NCBI GenBank assembly: GCA_036785375.1
Contig: JAWMAR010000779.1
Location: forward strand, 558,001-622,000
DNA length: 64,000 nucleotides
Source of the DNA: Leucoraja ocellata
Lineage: Eukaryota
Direction of reading: 5' to 3'
The translations under genes and the position numbers were made by a program. Under the pieces are notes generated by a model. It saw only the letters and a list, made by a program, of their open reading frames with translations, made no database searches and had not been told where the DNA came from. Positions 23,201-35,074 of this stretch are shown here, piece after piece (the stretch's first letter is position 1; every line of letters starts with the position of its first letter).

Positions 23201-24958
23201 AAGAACAAAATAATCTGATGCATGTCTTTACAATTTTTCTGTAGCTTTGGGATCTGGAGATCAGAACGTAGCAACAGCACCTGAAACCCAGCAGCTGGTG
23301 GTTAAGTAAGTATTACAGTTAATCTTGTATTGAGGTGTGATCTCTGCTGGATCTGCACTTCTGAAAGCAGTTGAATTACTGCTATGTAAATTGGTTTGTC
23401 CAAAGGACGTGAGGTCTTGCAAACTGAAGAAGGGTCTCAACCCATTGCTTCTCTCCAGAGATGCTGCTTGTCCCGCTGAGTTACTCCAGCAGTTTGTCGT
23501 TTACTGAGATATTGCAATTTGGAATACATCTCCTATTTTCTTCAATGTACTTATCAAGCTTTGCATAGTGTCTTTCTTCTTCAAAACCACAGGTGATCCG
23601 TCATTCTTGCCTTTCCAGCACATACCTATTGCCGCCAACCATCGCAACCCGTTTCATAGAAGCAATTTCAATAGTAATGCTGCAGTGTAATTCCTGTAGC
23701 CTGCAGGCTAAATTAGGGGTCTCCAAACTATGGCCCGTGGGCCACATCCGGCCCGCAGCAAGCTCTTAACACATTCTGTGCGATGGGCTATAATAACAGG
23801 TTCTGTCGTAGCACAGGAACATACACGTTAGTTTGCTCTAAACTTTAGAGATACAGCGCGGAAACAGGCCCTTCGTTCGCCCCCACCACCGCCACTAATA
23901 CTATCCTACACACACGCACATACACTAGGGACAATTATACCAGCCCAACTAATCCACAAATCTTCGGTGTATAACCAGCACATGTAGTTCCTTCCTATAC
24001 AAACCTAGTGTGGGCGGCAACCGGAGCTCCCAGAGAAAATCCATGCAGGTCACGGGGAGAACGAACAAACTCCGTACAGACAGCGCCCGTATTCAGGAAA
24101 GAACCCGGCACTCTGCCGCTATATGGCAGCAAATTAAGACTGCGTCACTGTGCCGCCCAATTATCTTGTACAACTGTAACACAGCTGTTTTTAAAATCCC
24201 TCCGATTTTTTTTTTTTTACAAAAGGCAGATTTCCCCCTACATTTTGTCTGAGGGGAAAAAAGAGGAAAAGATCAATTATTCACGGACCGATGACCTCGT
24301 ATTTATTGGGCCAAAGGGTAAATTATGTTGGAGCAACCTGTTGAAAGCTATCATATGGACATGCATTTATTGTAGGTTGGTGTATAAGTGGTGATGTTGT
24401 TGCAGATGAATGTGTCAAGGCAGTGTTTGTCGAAGATGTTTGTCAGTCTTTACCCTACATATTAATGTGGGAATTTGGGTGCAGAGAAACTAAAATCAAA
24501 AGTCGATTGAAAATAACACGTATGGGAATCGAATCCCCATGGAATATACCACGTGCTGAGCAATTTTGCATCAACCCATACAATGCTGTGCCTATACATT
24601 GAACTGATCGCACAGCCACTCGATGTAATATTCCGGATAGAAGTGTTAATTGCTGATGCGCATTCACTCTCACTTTCTTCTTCCACTTGACGGTCACCTA
24701 ACTACAGAATGACGTGCGCTCCATTAATAGGAAATGTCTAGATTGGATATCGTCTTCAGAGCCTTTTAAACATTTATATTTAGAGTAACCCAGGTAAGGC
24801 TGCTTCTCCCGCTTCCATTGGTCACTGTCTGATAGGGTGCCTCACTGCTTCCTCCATCGGGTTTGAATGGAGTTGCCGTGGGTGGGGAGAGAGAGGAGGG
24901 CCAGGGTGTTGGGAAGGCAGGGTTGAGCTGCAACAAACCCTCTCAGTGAGGAACCGGT

Positions 24959-25005
<47 letters not shown>

Positions 25006-28000
25006 TATAAATAAATTCAACCGCCCTTTACTTTAAAGTTTAATCTTGGTTGATGGCTCCAACTATTTGTTTTGAATTTCTTCCATTTGTTTTGCTTACG
25101 GCAAGTTCCTTTTTGAGTTCATTAAATTTATAAAACTGACATTTCTTTATTTTTTCCTACCGCCCCGCAAAAATATATAATGTGGCCCTCGTGCTGAAAA
25201 GTTTGGAGGCCCCTGCGTTAAATTAAGGTGGTCCGTTAAATGTTGGGTGCATCTTTGACTGATCTATCTCCTCGGTTTGGCAGAAAATGTTAGAGGAATA
25301 GGATATTCTTTTCATTTTAAGTTTTGTGTGTATTTGTGGACTACGCTTATTCCTTTTGCATCCAAATAAATTGTTTCTGGAATGTATTCGTACTTGCAAG
25401 TGAAGCTGCACCTGATCAGAATTCTCACTGGCTTCAACCGTAATGTAGATGCTTAGAAGGTACAGGCATTACCTATAGTTCCAGAGTCGTGCTGAATATG
25501 ATGCCATTTCTGGTCTTCTCCTATGTACTAGTATCCAACTGCATAATAAAGATTAAAATGGGATGAAAGTCCCCACATTCTGAGATTCCCAATCATGTGA
25601 TGTATTTAAAGCAAATGCCTCTTGTTTTTATCTCTTCCTCCGTTTATTGTATTTTCTTATCTGAGTGTCAGTAAGTTTTTATTTTGGATTTACAAAGAAA
25701 TATTTTAACTTTCAGAAATTGGTGTATTGACAACTTTGACATCGGATGCCCTCTTGGGAAAGGAAAATTTGGGAATGTGTACTTGGCTCGTGATCGGGAA
25801 TCAAGGTTTATTCTGGCACTGAAAGTGCTTTTCAAGTCCCAGCTTGAGAGCGAAAATGTTGAACATCAACTCCGAAGAGAGATTGAAATTCAATCTCATC
25901 TCAGGTAAATTGTCTTTTTTTTAATCCCTTCCCATCTTTAGGCTTTCCTTACATCCAGATTTCTCAAGTGCGATTTGGAAATATTGGGTTAGCAATTGGC
26001 GTTCAGACCCTCTGCTGTATTTTGCCATGCAATTAATTGTGAACTATTAACTCCATTTACCCACTCAGTTCCATTCCATGCCTCATAATTATTCAAAATC
26101 TGCTAATTCCATCCTCTGCTGGATGGAATTAGCAGATTTACTTGTTTGAACCTAAAATGTAAGGATTTGAACATTATTTCCAAAATGTACTTTTGAAAGC
26201 ATTTGCAAATGAAGAGTAAAATGTCTTGGCATCATTGGTGAATTTGAGACCCCTTGTTCTAGCTACATCTGGAAAAATAATTATTTGTGTATTTGTGTTT
26301 TTGAATTGTAGTACCAAAACTGGAAATAAATTGTTAGTTTTTGAGTTTCTGTACACTGGATGTTTCATTGCCTTTGAAGATAAAACCTGTAAAACTGGCA
26401 AAGTTAATTGAGCCAAAATTATTACCTGCATCTGAAGAACAGTCCTGACCCAAAACATCACCTATCCTTGGTCTCCATAAATGTGGCCTGATCCACTGAG
26501 TTACTCTTTTTTTTTTTTAAATCACCCGTCAAATTGCTTACAGTGGGGATTTGTATTTGATCGATGGCGAACTGGCAAGTGAGTGTCTCCTGAAACAGGC
26601 CAGAGTTGATTGGTGGTTTTTAAATAGCAATCTAATGCGCTTTTCCTTAATTTCAGGCATCCAAATGTCCTACGGCTGTACAACTATTTCCATGATCGTA
26701 AAAAAATATACCTAATGTTGGAGTATGCTCCTGGAGGAGAGTTGTACAAAGCGCTGCAGAAATGTGGCTGCTTCAGTGAACAGAGGAGTGCCACGGTATG
26801 TGGGAATCAATAAACATTTATTTATGCAAACTAACTGACCATCATTGGATGTTGTATTTGAACAGCTGAATTAACTGAAATTCATCCAGGAGGGCAATGC
26901 TTGCTGTATTTCCCGGCAATGAAGATGCTATTTTTTTACCCAAAAATAATTTACCTGCATCTTGGAGGCCGAAGGTTAGGTTGTTAGCCAAGAAAGATCG
27001 AGTTGGCTATCCCTCATTTCTGGAAGCTGATGGGAAGCAGCTGTAAAAGGACAGCACCGCTGGGGGGGGAGGGGAGTGGAGTGCTGTGGCGAGTGAGTGA
27101 GTTGCTGGCATGATTCCCGACTCCCTCCATCTCAATGGTCCTGCCCGTGCTGACCCGGGCCAGACTCCCCACACGCTGTGAAAGGAACTCTGAACCCAAT
27201 GGGTCTATTGTCATTCAATAAGATCACAACTGATTCTACTTGTCCAGGTGTGCTCCCGGTTTTCCCACCATCTCTCCATCTGCCGTCACCCTCCACTCCC
27301 CACCCATTCAGAATGGAGGAGTTCTGAAAGCCTTGGGCATATTGAATTGTTACTTTATTTATTATTTTTTTTTGAGCATGAGAAATTCTATCTCCCACCA
27401 GCCTTTTTTCAAAATTTAGCAACTCAAAATGGGGGTGAGTCTTCATTGCCAGGAAATACGGTAATTGAATTCTTTAAACTCGCGTTTCTTATTTGTAATA
27501 TCATTCCAATAATTCAGTTTCTTATGTTGTTAATTTTTGGGTAAAATACCAATTCACATAGTAGAACATGGGAATGCTGGAATTTAAACTTCATAATTAA
27601 GCTCAATTGAATGTGCAAAAGTCTAATTAGTTGATGAATCAATTATGTTTGTGACATTTGGAAGGGACTTGGAGGAACTAGTTTGTCTCGACACATGCAT
27701 TGTCATACTCCATGGCCACAATGTACACCCTCCGCGCGTTGCTTCTGATATTTGTACACAATCCATTCCTTCAATCACTGTTATTTCCAATGTGATGACT
27801 GAATATTTGAGTGTTGCCTATCCTGGTCTATGTGGTGTTCTTAACATGTTTATCATTTTCAAAAAGTTGTTTTGCACAAATACCTTCAGGTGGCAGTGAA
27901 GTGATGCTCATTGTTTCCTTTATTCCAGTACATTTTGGAGCTGGCAGATGCATTGCAATATTGTCATTCAAAGAAGGTAATTCATAGAGACATCAAACCA

Positions 28001-31000
28001 GAGAATCTGCTCCTGGGTCTTCGCGGGGAGCTGAAAATAGCTGACTTTGGTTGGTCTGTCCATGCTCCTTCATCAAGGTTTGTGGCGAGTCTCATTTGCT
28101 TTTTTTAAAAAAATATGATATATCCCAAATTATTTCCGTATTTGCTTTATTGAGTCAAAAACCATTACTGTTTTACCTCTAAATGGACATTAACTGGGGA
28201 TGTAATAAAATCCTTTAAAATGGCCATTGGAAATGTAAAATTCCACATATTAGTTTGGAGCCTGAACCCCTCTTGTCTGGTGAATTTACCATCTCCCAGT
28301 GAGAATACTCATTCAGAATACTGAATTGTCAATTGAGAAGAAATTAGGGGATTTATTATGGGGAAAACCTAAGTTTCCAAATGCTAGCTTGTGACCATCT
28401 CCACCGATTGCTTATTATTGATTTAGCTCTTGATTTAGCTCAGCTTGCCCGTTCTCACTCCTGAGTTTTACTTACATTTGGTTCCATCATGGTAAAATGG
28501 AAAGTTTATTTTTCTTAGGAGATTTTCCCTAGGTGGCATGGACTCTAATCCTTGTTTGGCACTGTGTTAAACTTGTAACACTTCACCCATTTGTCAACTG
28601 CAATACTTGCAGCGACATCATTCTGCATCTTTTCTCTTAATAATAATAATAATAATATATTTTATTGTCATTGCACATCAGTGCAACGAGATTTGGTATG
28701 CAGCTTCTAACCGATGTCAGTCAATAAATAAATAGATATATAGATAAATAAACTGTGCGACGTGACCATCTGAGGGAGACAGTCCATGGGGGATGGGGGG
28801 GCACTCATTAGGGCCGGTTCAGAGCCGCTATAGCTCTGGGAATGAAGCTGTTTCTGAGTCTGGAGGTTCGGGCGTAGAAGGCCTTGTAATGTCTGCCGGA
28901 AGGAAGTAGTTCGAACAGTCCATTAAAAGGGTATGGGGAGTCTTTATGGATGCTGACGGCCTTCCTGAGGCACCGTGTGGTAGATGTCCTCCAAGGCTGG
29001 TAGCTGTGTCCCAATAATCCTCTGCGCTCTGTGGACGACGCGCTGAAGAGCTCTCCTCTCCACCTCCGTGCAGCTGAGACACCACACAGATGCCATACGT
29101 TAATATGCTCTCTGTGGTGCAGCGGTAGAAGGTTGTCAGCAGCTGTTGGGGCAGACCAGTCTTTTTTAATGTCCTTCTTGACCAGCGCAGCTGTGTTGGT
29201 GGACCATGTGAGGTCCTCTGAAATGTGAGTGCCCAGAAACCTAAAGCTGGGCACTCTCTCCACACTTTCCCCGTCGATGGAGATTGGGGCGTATTCTCCA
29301 TTATGGGACCTCCTGAAGTCAATAATCAGCTCCTTGGTCTTGGAGGTGTTTAGTGACAAGTTGTTACGTGCGCACCAGTCCGCCAGGTTCTGCACCTCCG
29401 CTCTGTATTTTGTTTCATCACCGTTGGTGATCAGCCCAATCACTGTTGTGTCGTCTGCAAACTTCACAATGGTGTTGGTGTCGAATGCAGGAACACAATC
29501 GTGAGTGAAGAGGGAGTAGAGCATGGGGCTTAGTACACAGCCCTGTGGTGTGCCAGTGCTCAGGGTGATAGTGGAGGACAGGTGCGGGGCCCAGTCTCAC
29601 TGCCTGCGGTCGCTCCGTCAGAAAGTTCAGGATCCAATCGCATATCGGTGAGCTGAGGCCTAGCTGGAGGAGTTTGGTGGGGATGACCGTATTGAATGCA
29701 GAGCTATAGTCAATGAAGAGCATTCTTACGTACGTGCCCTGTCTATCCAGGTGAGTCAGGACAGTGTGAAGAGCCAGAGAGATGGCATCCTCTGTCGATC
29801 TATTTGCCCTGTATGCAAATTGATGAGAATCCAGTGAAGGCAGGGATGCTGGATTTGATGTGGGAGAGGACCAGCCTTTCGAAGCACTTCATTGGTATTG
29901 GAGTTAGGGCAACCAGGTGGTAGTCATTCAGGTACTTGGGGAGCGTTGCCAGAGATAGAGACACATTAAAGATTCTAGTGAATACCGCCACCAGCTGTGC
30001 AGCACAGTCCTTTAGTGCCCTTCCCTGGACTCCCATCTGGGCCTGCAGCCTTGCGTGGATTGATCGTATGCAGGGTGCACTGTACCTCCTGAGTGCTCAG
30101 TGTTAAGGCCTGTCCCTCCGCCATGGCCGGGTAGTACGTTGTAGTAAGTGATGTCCCTGACACCCTGCCACATGCTTCTGGTGTCCGTGGTATTGAAGTG
30201 GTCTTCCACCCTTTGCCTGTGGATGTCTTTGGCCTTTTTAATATCTTTGCTCAGGTTCGACCTGGCAGCACTGTAGGCAGAAGTGTCCCTGGATTTAAAG
30301 GCATTGTTGCGTGCCCTTAGCAGATTCTGAACCTCCTTGTTCATCCAGGGTTTTCGGTCTGGGAACATCTTTATTTGCTTGTCCACTGTGACAGTCTCCA
30401 CACAGCAGTTGATGTAGGAGAGCACAGTGGATGTGTACTCCTCCAAGTCTACCTCTGTGGAAATTACTCCAAACTCACTTCTGTTGCTTAATAGTTCCTC
30501 GCCTGCCTTATCTTTACAAAGTATAGCCTTTCCAATACATTACAATAATTGGATACTCGGTTGTAGGGGACTACGTCTATTATCCATGTGCTCTGGTCTC
30601 TAGTAGCTTCTCTTCCAAAGAGTAACCTTCATCCTTCTGTTTAATTCCTTCCAGAACTTTTTTCCACTCATTCTGTGGCCTTCTGCTTTGCATGTTTTCT
30701 GAATTGTAATCAGCATTTTGGTCCACTGTTATTTCCTATCCATCTCAAACTTTCCTCAAATCCCTTGGTATCTTGTTTTTCAAAGCCTGTTCTTCCCACT
30801 TGTGAAATGGTGGGTATGGGGCAGATCAGTCATACTGTACTTCAGTGAACAAGATATTTGGCCTTGCTGATGATACCTCCCTCACTTTGTGGAGGGAGAA
30901 GAAATTGTCACAATGCTGTGTTGGGCTTGATATTAGTTTACCATAACATGATACGTCAAATTAAATCCTTACAGAAGAAAGACGTTCTGTGGGACTTTGG

Positions 31001-31755
31001 ATTACCTGCCTCCAGAGATGGTTGAAGGACGAATGCATGATGAGCGAGTGGACTTGTGGTCTTTGGGCATTCTGTGTTATGAGTTCCTTGTAGGTCATCC
31101 TCCATTTGAATCTTCAACTCATGAGGATACATATAGAAAGATCTGTAAGGTGAGATGTTATACATAAAATTGTTGAGAAAAGTCAGTCATCTATGCCTTG
31201 CAGGCTACTTACAGGCATGCCTATGTCAGCAATATGTCTGGAGCACTGGCAATCTGTCCTCGACCTATTGTGGTTGAAATTGTAAAGGGATAGCTAATAC
31301 TTGGATGCCATTAATAAGACCAAGTTGGTATTTCAACATATAATAAATGTATTCTAATATAAATAGCAAATGCTGGAAACACATTGCAGGCCAGACAGCA
31401 TTTAAATTATTTTCGAGTCTTCAATTTGTAGTTTCTCTTTCCACAAATGTTACACGACTTGCTGAATGTTTCTAGCTTTGTATTTGTATCCAAATTTCCA
31501 GTATCTGTAGTCTATAATTATTCATGCATGATAACTGAAAATGTTCAATATTGAAATTTATAGGTTGAAGTCCAGTTTCAACCGAGCATGTCAGAAGGTG
31601 CAAAGAGTCTAATCAGCCAATTACTTCGCCATAATCCAGTACTGAGACTTCCCCTCAAGGCTGTGATAGAACATCCATGGGTGAAATCTAATGCCTGCAG
31701 ACTTCTTCCACCAGAATGTACCAACAGTGAAAATTTACAACTACAGAGGTCCTGA
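20280..31755 (+). CDS. AURKB: Aurora kinase B, tandem copy 3 (complete, 8 coding exons, 362 aa; adjoins RABEP1)
   Basis: Exons 20280-20327 ([16 protein letters not shown]), 20939-21074, 23245-23305, 25716-25904, 26657-26795, 27929-28077, 30975-31149, 31564-31755. GT-AG introns and an open frame. AATAAA at 32091-32096. Confidence 0.93.
20475..20861 (+). mobile_element. Young 5'-truncated Rex1/Babar-type LINE insertion private to AURKB copy 3 intron 1
   Basis: Open C-terminal ORF ...[17 protein letters not shown]...[15 protein letters not shown], then AATAAA and a (CTTGA)n tail. TGGA lies on both sides; empty site at 4808-4811. Confidence 0.85.
21581..21938 (-). mobile_element. Penelope-derived element with internal inversion and a 13-bp TSD (left-truncated copy at about 5516-5832)
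   Basis: Flanked by perfect AATTAAAGCTGAT at 21568-21580 and 21939-21951. Same family sequence as 3289-3416 in reverse, plus a fold-back arm. Confidence 0.75.
23714..25215. mobile_element. Non-autonomous hAT (Charlie-like) transposon, unit-3 copy
   Basis: Same TIRs as 7600-9083. The internal (GT)n is longer. Confidence 0.8.
24961..24996 (+). repeat. (GT)n microsatellite, longer than its paralogue at 8851-8864
   Basis: About 18 units versus about 7 units. Confidence 0.9.
28640..30456 (-). mobile_element. Rex1/Babar-type LINE (5'-truncated, with 3' end) in AURKB copy 3 intron 6
   Basis: RT motifs including [25 protein letters not shown] and [14 protein letters not shown], followed by AATAAA and a (TTA)n tail at about 28640. 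Confidence 0.88.
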
Positions 31756-32864
31756 GGATAACCGACTTGTACTTTAAATGTATATTGAACGTGAACTTTG
31801 TAAATTATATGCTTTTCCTCCATCTGAACCAGTCTTCCTGCATGTTTTAGTCATTATTTGAACTGTATACACTGATATTTAGATTTGTCAGCAAATATAT
31901 AATGCAAGTCATGTTTTCTACCCAGTTTTTCCACTTGCTTAAATATTAAAGTGACCTGCATCTGCATTTTGTTTAAACTACATGCCTGTATCATAACCCT
32001 TAAACAGTAATTCAGAACTACCTGGAGTTGACTGTTTGTAGCTAAAGCAATGAAAATGATGCTTTTTTAAAGTTTTTGCATTGATTTGCAAATAAATCTG
32101 TTGAATTCTAAAACAGTTTATCATTTTGAAGAATTTGAGTATTTACACTTTAATGGCCTAAGGAAATTGATTCTACATCTACATCTACACTACAAAGGGG
32201 CCTATTCAGAAGCCTAATTTTAAGAGTTGGGTTCTGAAATATTGACCTGTGTGGCTTGTGAAATAGCAGAGAAGGTCTTTTAACTATTCCTCCAGTGACA
32301 ATTGTTTTCAGTCAGTTTAAATACGTGAAAATTGGGCTGTTAACATTTGCATGTCAAATATCAAAGCATAACAACACTCTTCAGCTGGTTTGAGCCTTGG
32401 CTGGAGTGTATTCTGCGATTTGATGTCTATTTATCTCAGCTGTATATCCAGACATTTAATTTATTACAAAAATGGGCCAACGTATATTGTTTTTTTCCCC
32501 CCTCCAATATTTGTGAAAACCCAAATTTAAAAAGCAGAATTTAACTTGTAGTTTGCACAAGGAAAGCAGCACCAAGAATCCAATGATACCTCTGACCTAG
32601 ATCACAGTACTCAGTTGAAACTGGATCTTCTAAAAAAAAAAAAATGCTGAAGGAACCTAGTAGGTCAAACAGAATCCGTGGAAGGAAACAAACAGATGTT
32701 CCAGATCACGACATTTCTTCATAGCTAAACCTGTAATGCTTGTGAGGTGGCAGAAGTTCATGCTCAGGGGATGTAAGCTAGGTGATTGATTTTTCCAAAG
32801 TTACTACGTGCAAGTATGTCAAAGAAAGGTCTGAAGTTAAAATGTTTCATGTGTCAGAATAATA

Positions 32865-35074
32865 TCACGTTTACTCCAGCAGCTTTTATTTTATTTAAAC
32901 ACTTTCTTCATAAAGACACCTTCAGTATAGTTAAATTGATTACATTTTAAGTCTGTAAACAGCAGAATTGTACATCCACACTTGAAGACACCGATAACTT
33001 GTGTCAGTAAGACGTGGCTCTTGTATCAAAGTGTCTGAGAAGCTTTGCATTAGGAGGCGTAGGCAGTTAAAACGTGGTTACACCACTGGACTAAATAAAT
33101 ACAGACATGCTATGATCTAGGGAAACGGCACATGATAGTCCCAACAATGGACAAAGGAATATGGAAACGTATCACCTTTTTCCCTCTGCACTTTTGCACT
33201 GTACTTTATTACTGCCAGGATTTCATGTTGCTTAATCAGCCACAACTGATCAATGCTTTAAAGTCAATTCTGATAAGAGGAACTATATATACATATAATT
33301 TTAAAACTGCAGACAATATCTTCTGGTTCAATTGGCCAGTCAGGTCATACATACCATATTTAGATCAGGGTTCAAATGGGAGTGCCCGAGGCATCCAATT
33401 TTATAATACTGTACTAGTTTTCTATTTAAAGCAAGTGCTGAGGGACACAGAGTAAGGAATCTAAATTTATGGTAAATTTGCTGTTTTAAGAGGCTTAAAT
33501 GAAAAGTTCATGGATACATGTTAAAACAATGCATAATTATTTTCTTAAATGTTCATCTACAAATATTTTGGTAGAAATAGAATGAGTTTTCAAAATGTCT
33601 GAAATTGCAAACCATTTAATTGGCTGATCTATTGTTCCCTTAATCCAAACCTCTCAACATGATTTAATGGAATTATGTGCAACCTTACCTCTCTGCAATG
33701 ACTGTGCTGGCATACACTGCTATTTGCTTACTGTCAGGGTCTTCAACAGATTACAATTCTAGAATGTCTCAGCCAAACACAACAACCTCTGCACCATGTT
33801 TCAAACAGCTTTTTCCTGCTAGTGGCAAAAAGCCACCAAGTCTCCAAATGCTGCACAGTGCTAAAGGAAATAGTTCAGTAACTTCTCATTGGGCTGAGTT
33901 TAAACTAAATGTTCTGGGAACAAAACTAATCCACAGACCAAGGCAACCAGTGACCAAGTGTAGGAATCCTTGTAGGAATCTTGGGTAATATTCAAATAAT
34001 TGCTAAAAGATGTCAAATTATAAAAGAAATGTGCTTGGAAAATTGATATATGTGTGTGAGGACAATGACTATATAATCTTCAAGGTAGTCCAACATTTCT
34101 CAAATGAATACTCCACATCTCCAAGTTCCATTCTTCAAAAGGCAGTTACGAAAAGGCAAGAGAGATTTTATTATTAGTCATCCCATTCGGAAACAGCTTC
34201 ATACGTTTAGACACCAACAATATGAAGAACATAACCAACTGATTCCAATGCTAATTTTGGTTTTAATTGGTGATAATGAATTTTTTAAATGTTCAGTTCA
34301 AAATGCATTATTTGGAAACCTGACCACTGTAGTTAGCTTTAATATGGATCAACTTTTATCTTCAGTTTAAAGGTGAATCAACTGTTTCTTGCTTTTTTTT
34401 TTAAGATAATGAACATTAGTTATATAGATTTTGTTCAACTGTCCCTTTCAATTAAACTTGTGGTGCAGCGAGTAACTCTATATGCACTTCACAACTCACA
34501 AGAGCAATGCAAAACTTGCAGGGGATGCAAGTACAATAAATAATGATTTAACAGAAGCTGGATAATGGTGGCAAGGATTAGTAAGATCATAAATTTCCCA
34601 AATTCCAGCATCAGTACCATTAAAAGAAAGACCAATTAAACAAATATGTTTACAATTTTGAGAATGAAAGAGTGAGCTAGACATTGAGGATGATGCTGTT
34701 TTAGTGTGCATGTACAAATGGATTCAACAATGGTTTTAAAAGCAGAGCAAGAGGTTAGATGTGTCAACTCCATCGACTGGGAATTCTTGTATCAATGATT
34801 TTTTTTTCAAAGTTTAAGCACAGCATACACTCGAGATCTCATTATATCTTAAATTTAAAATTTCAATAGTGTTCCCCTTTTGAATTTCACTTGAGTTGGG
34901 AAGCTCTAACTGCAGTCAAAGTCAATCTAGAAACATTTACACCTCAGTTACTGCACACTATTAATCCATGAACTCTGTTCCCTCAGAGTTAAATAAGAAT
35001 TAAAATGTTTCTACAAAGACAAATGTCTGGTCTAGTAAAAACTGTTGCAGCCTTGAAATCGCCAGGGTTTAATG
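32865..35074 (-). other. RABEP1: Probable RABEP1 3' UTR
   Basis: AT-rich stretch with no obvious interspersed repeats, running from the stop codon to tandem minus-strand AATAAA signals at 32885-32895. The 3' end is inferred. Confidence 0.6.
32885..32895 (-). terminator. Putative RABEP1 polyadenylation signal (tandem AATAAA); duplicated near 2063-2073 and 15704-15714
   Basis: + strand TTTATTTTATT equals two overlapping AATAAA on the - strand. Confidence 0.55.

Larger units (their letters stand above)
17460..34639 (+). repeat. Segmental tandem duplication unit 3 (about 17.2 kb)
   Basis: Identity with unit 2 ends at GAAAGACCAATTAA (17459 vs 34639). Beyond this point only unit 3 continues into RABEP1. 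Confidence 0.95.

Noticed and set aside
28808-30446. Reverse-transcriptase ORFs as a functional or domesticated gene
   Set aside because: Frameshifted, internally deleted, 5'-truncated LINE remnant.
1-34639. Array explained purely as two uncollapsed haplotypes
   Set aside because: Three distinct versions and two different junctions exist. A partial artefact cannot be excluded without reads.
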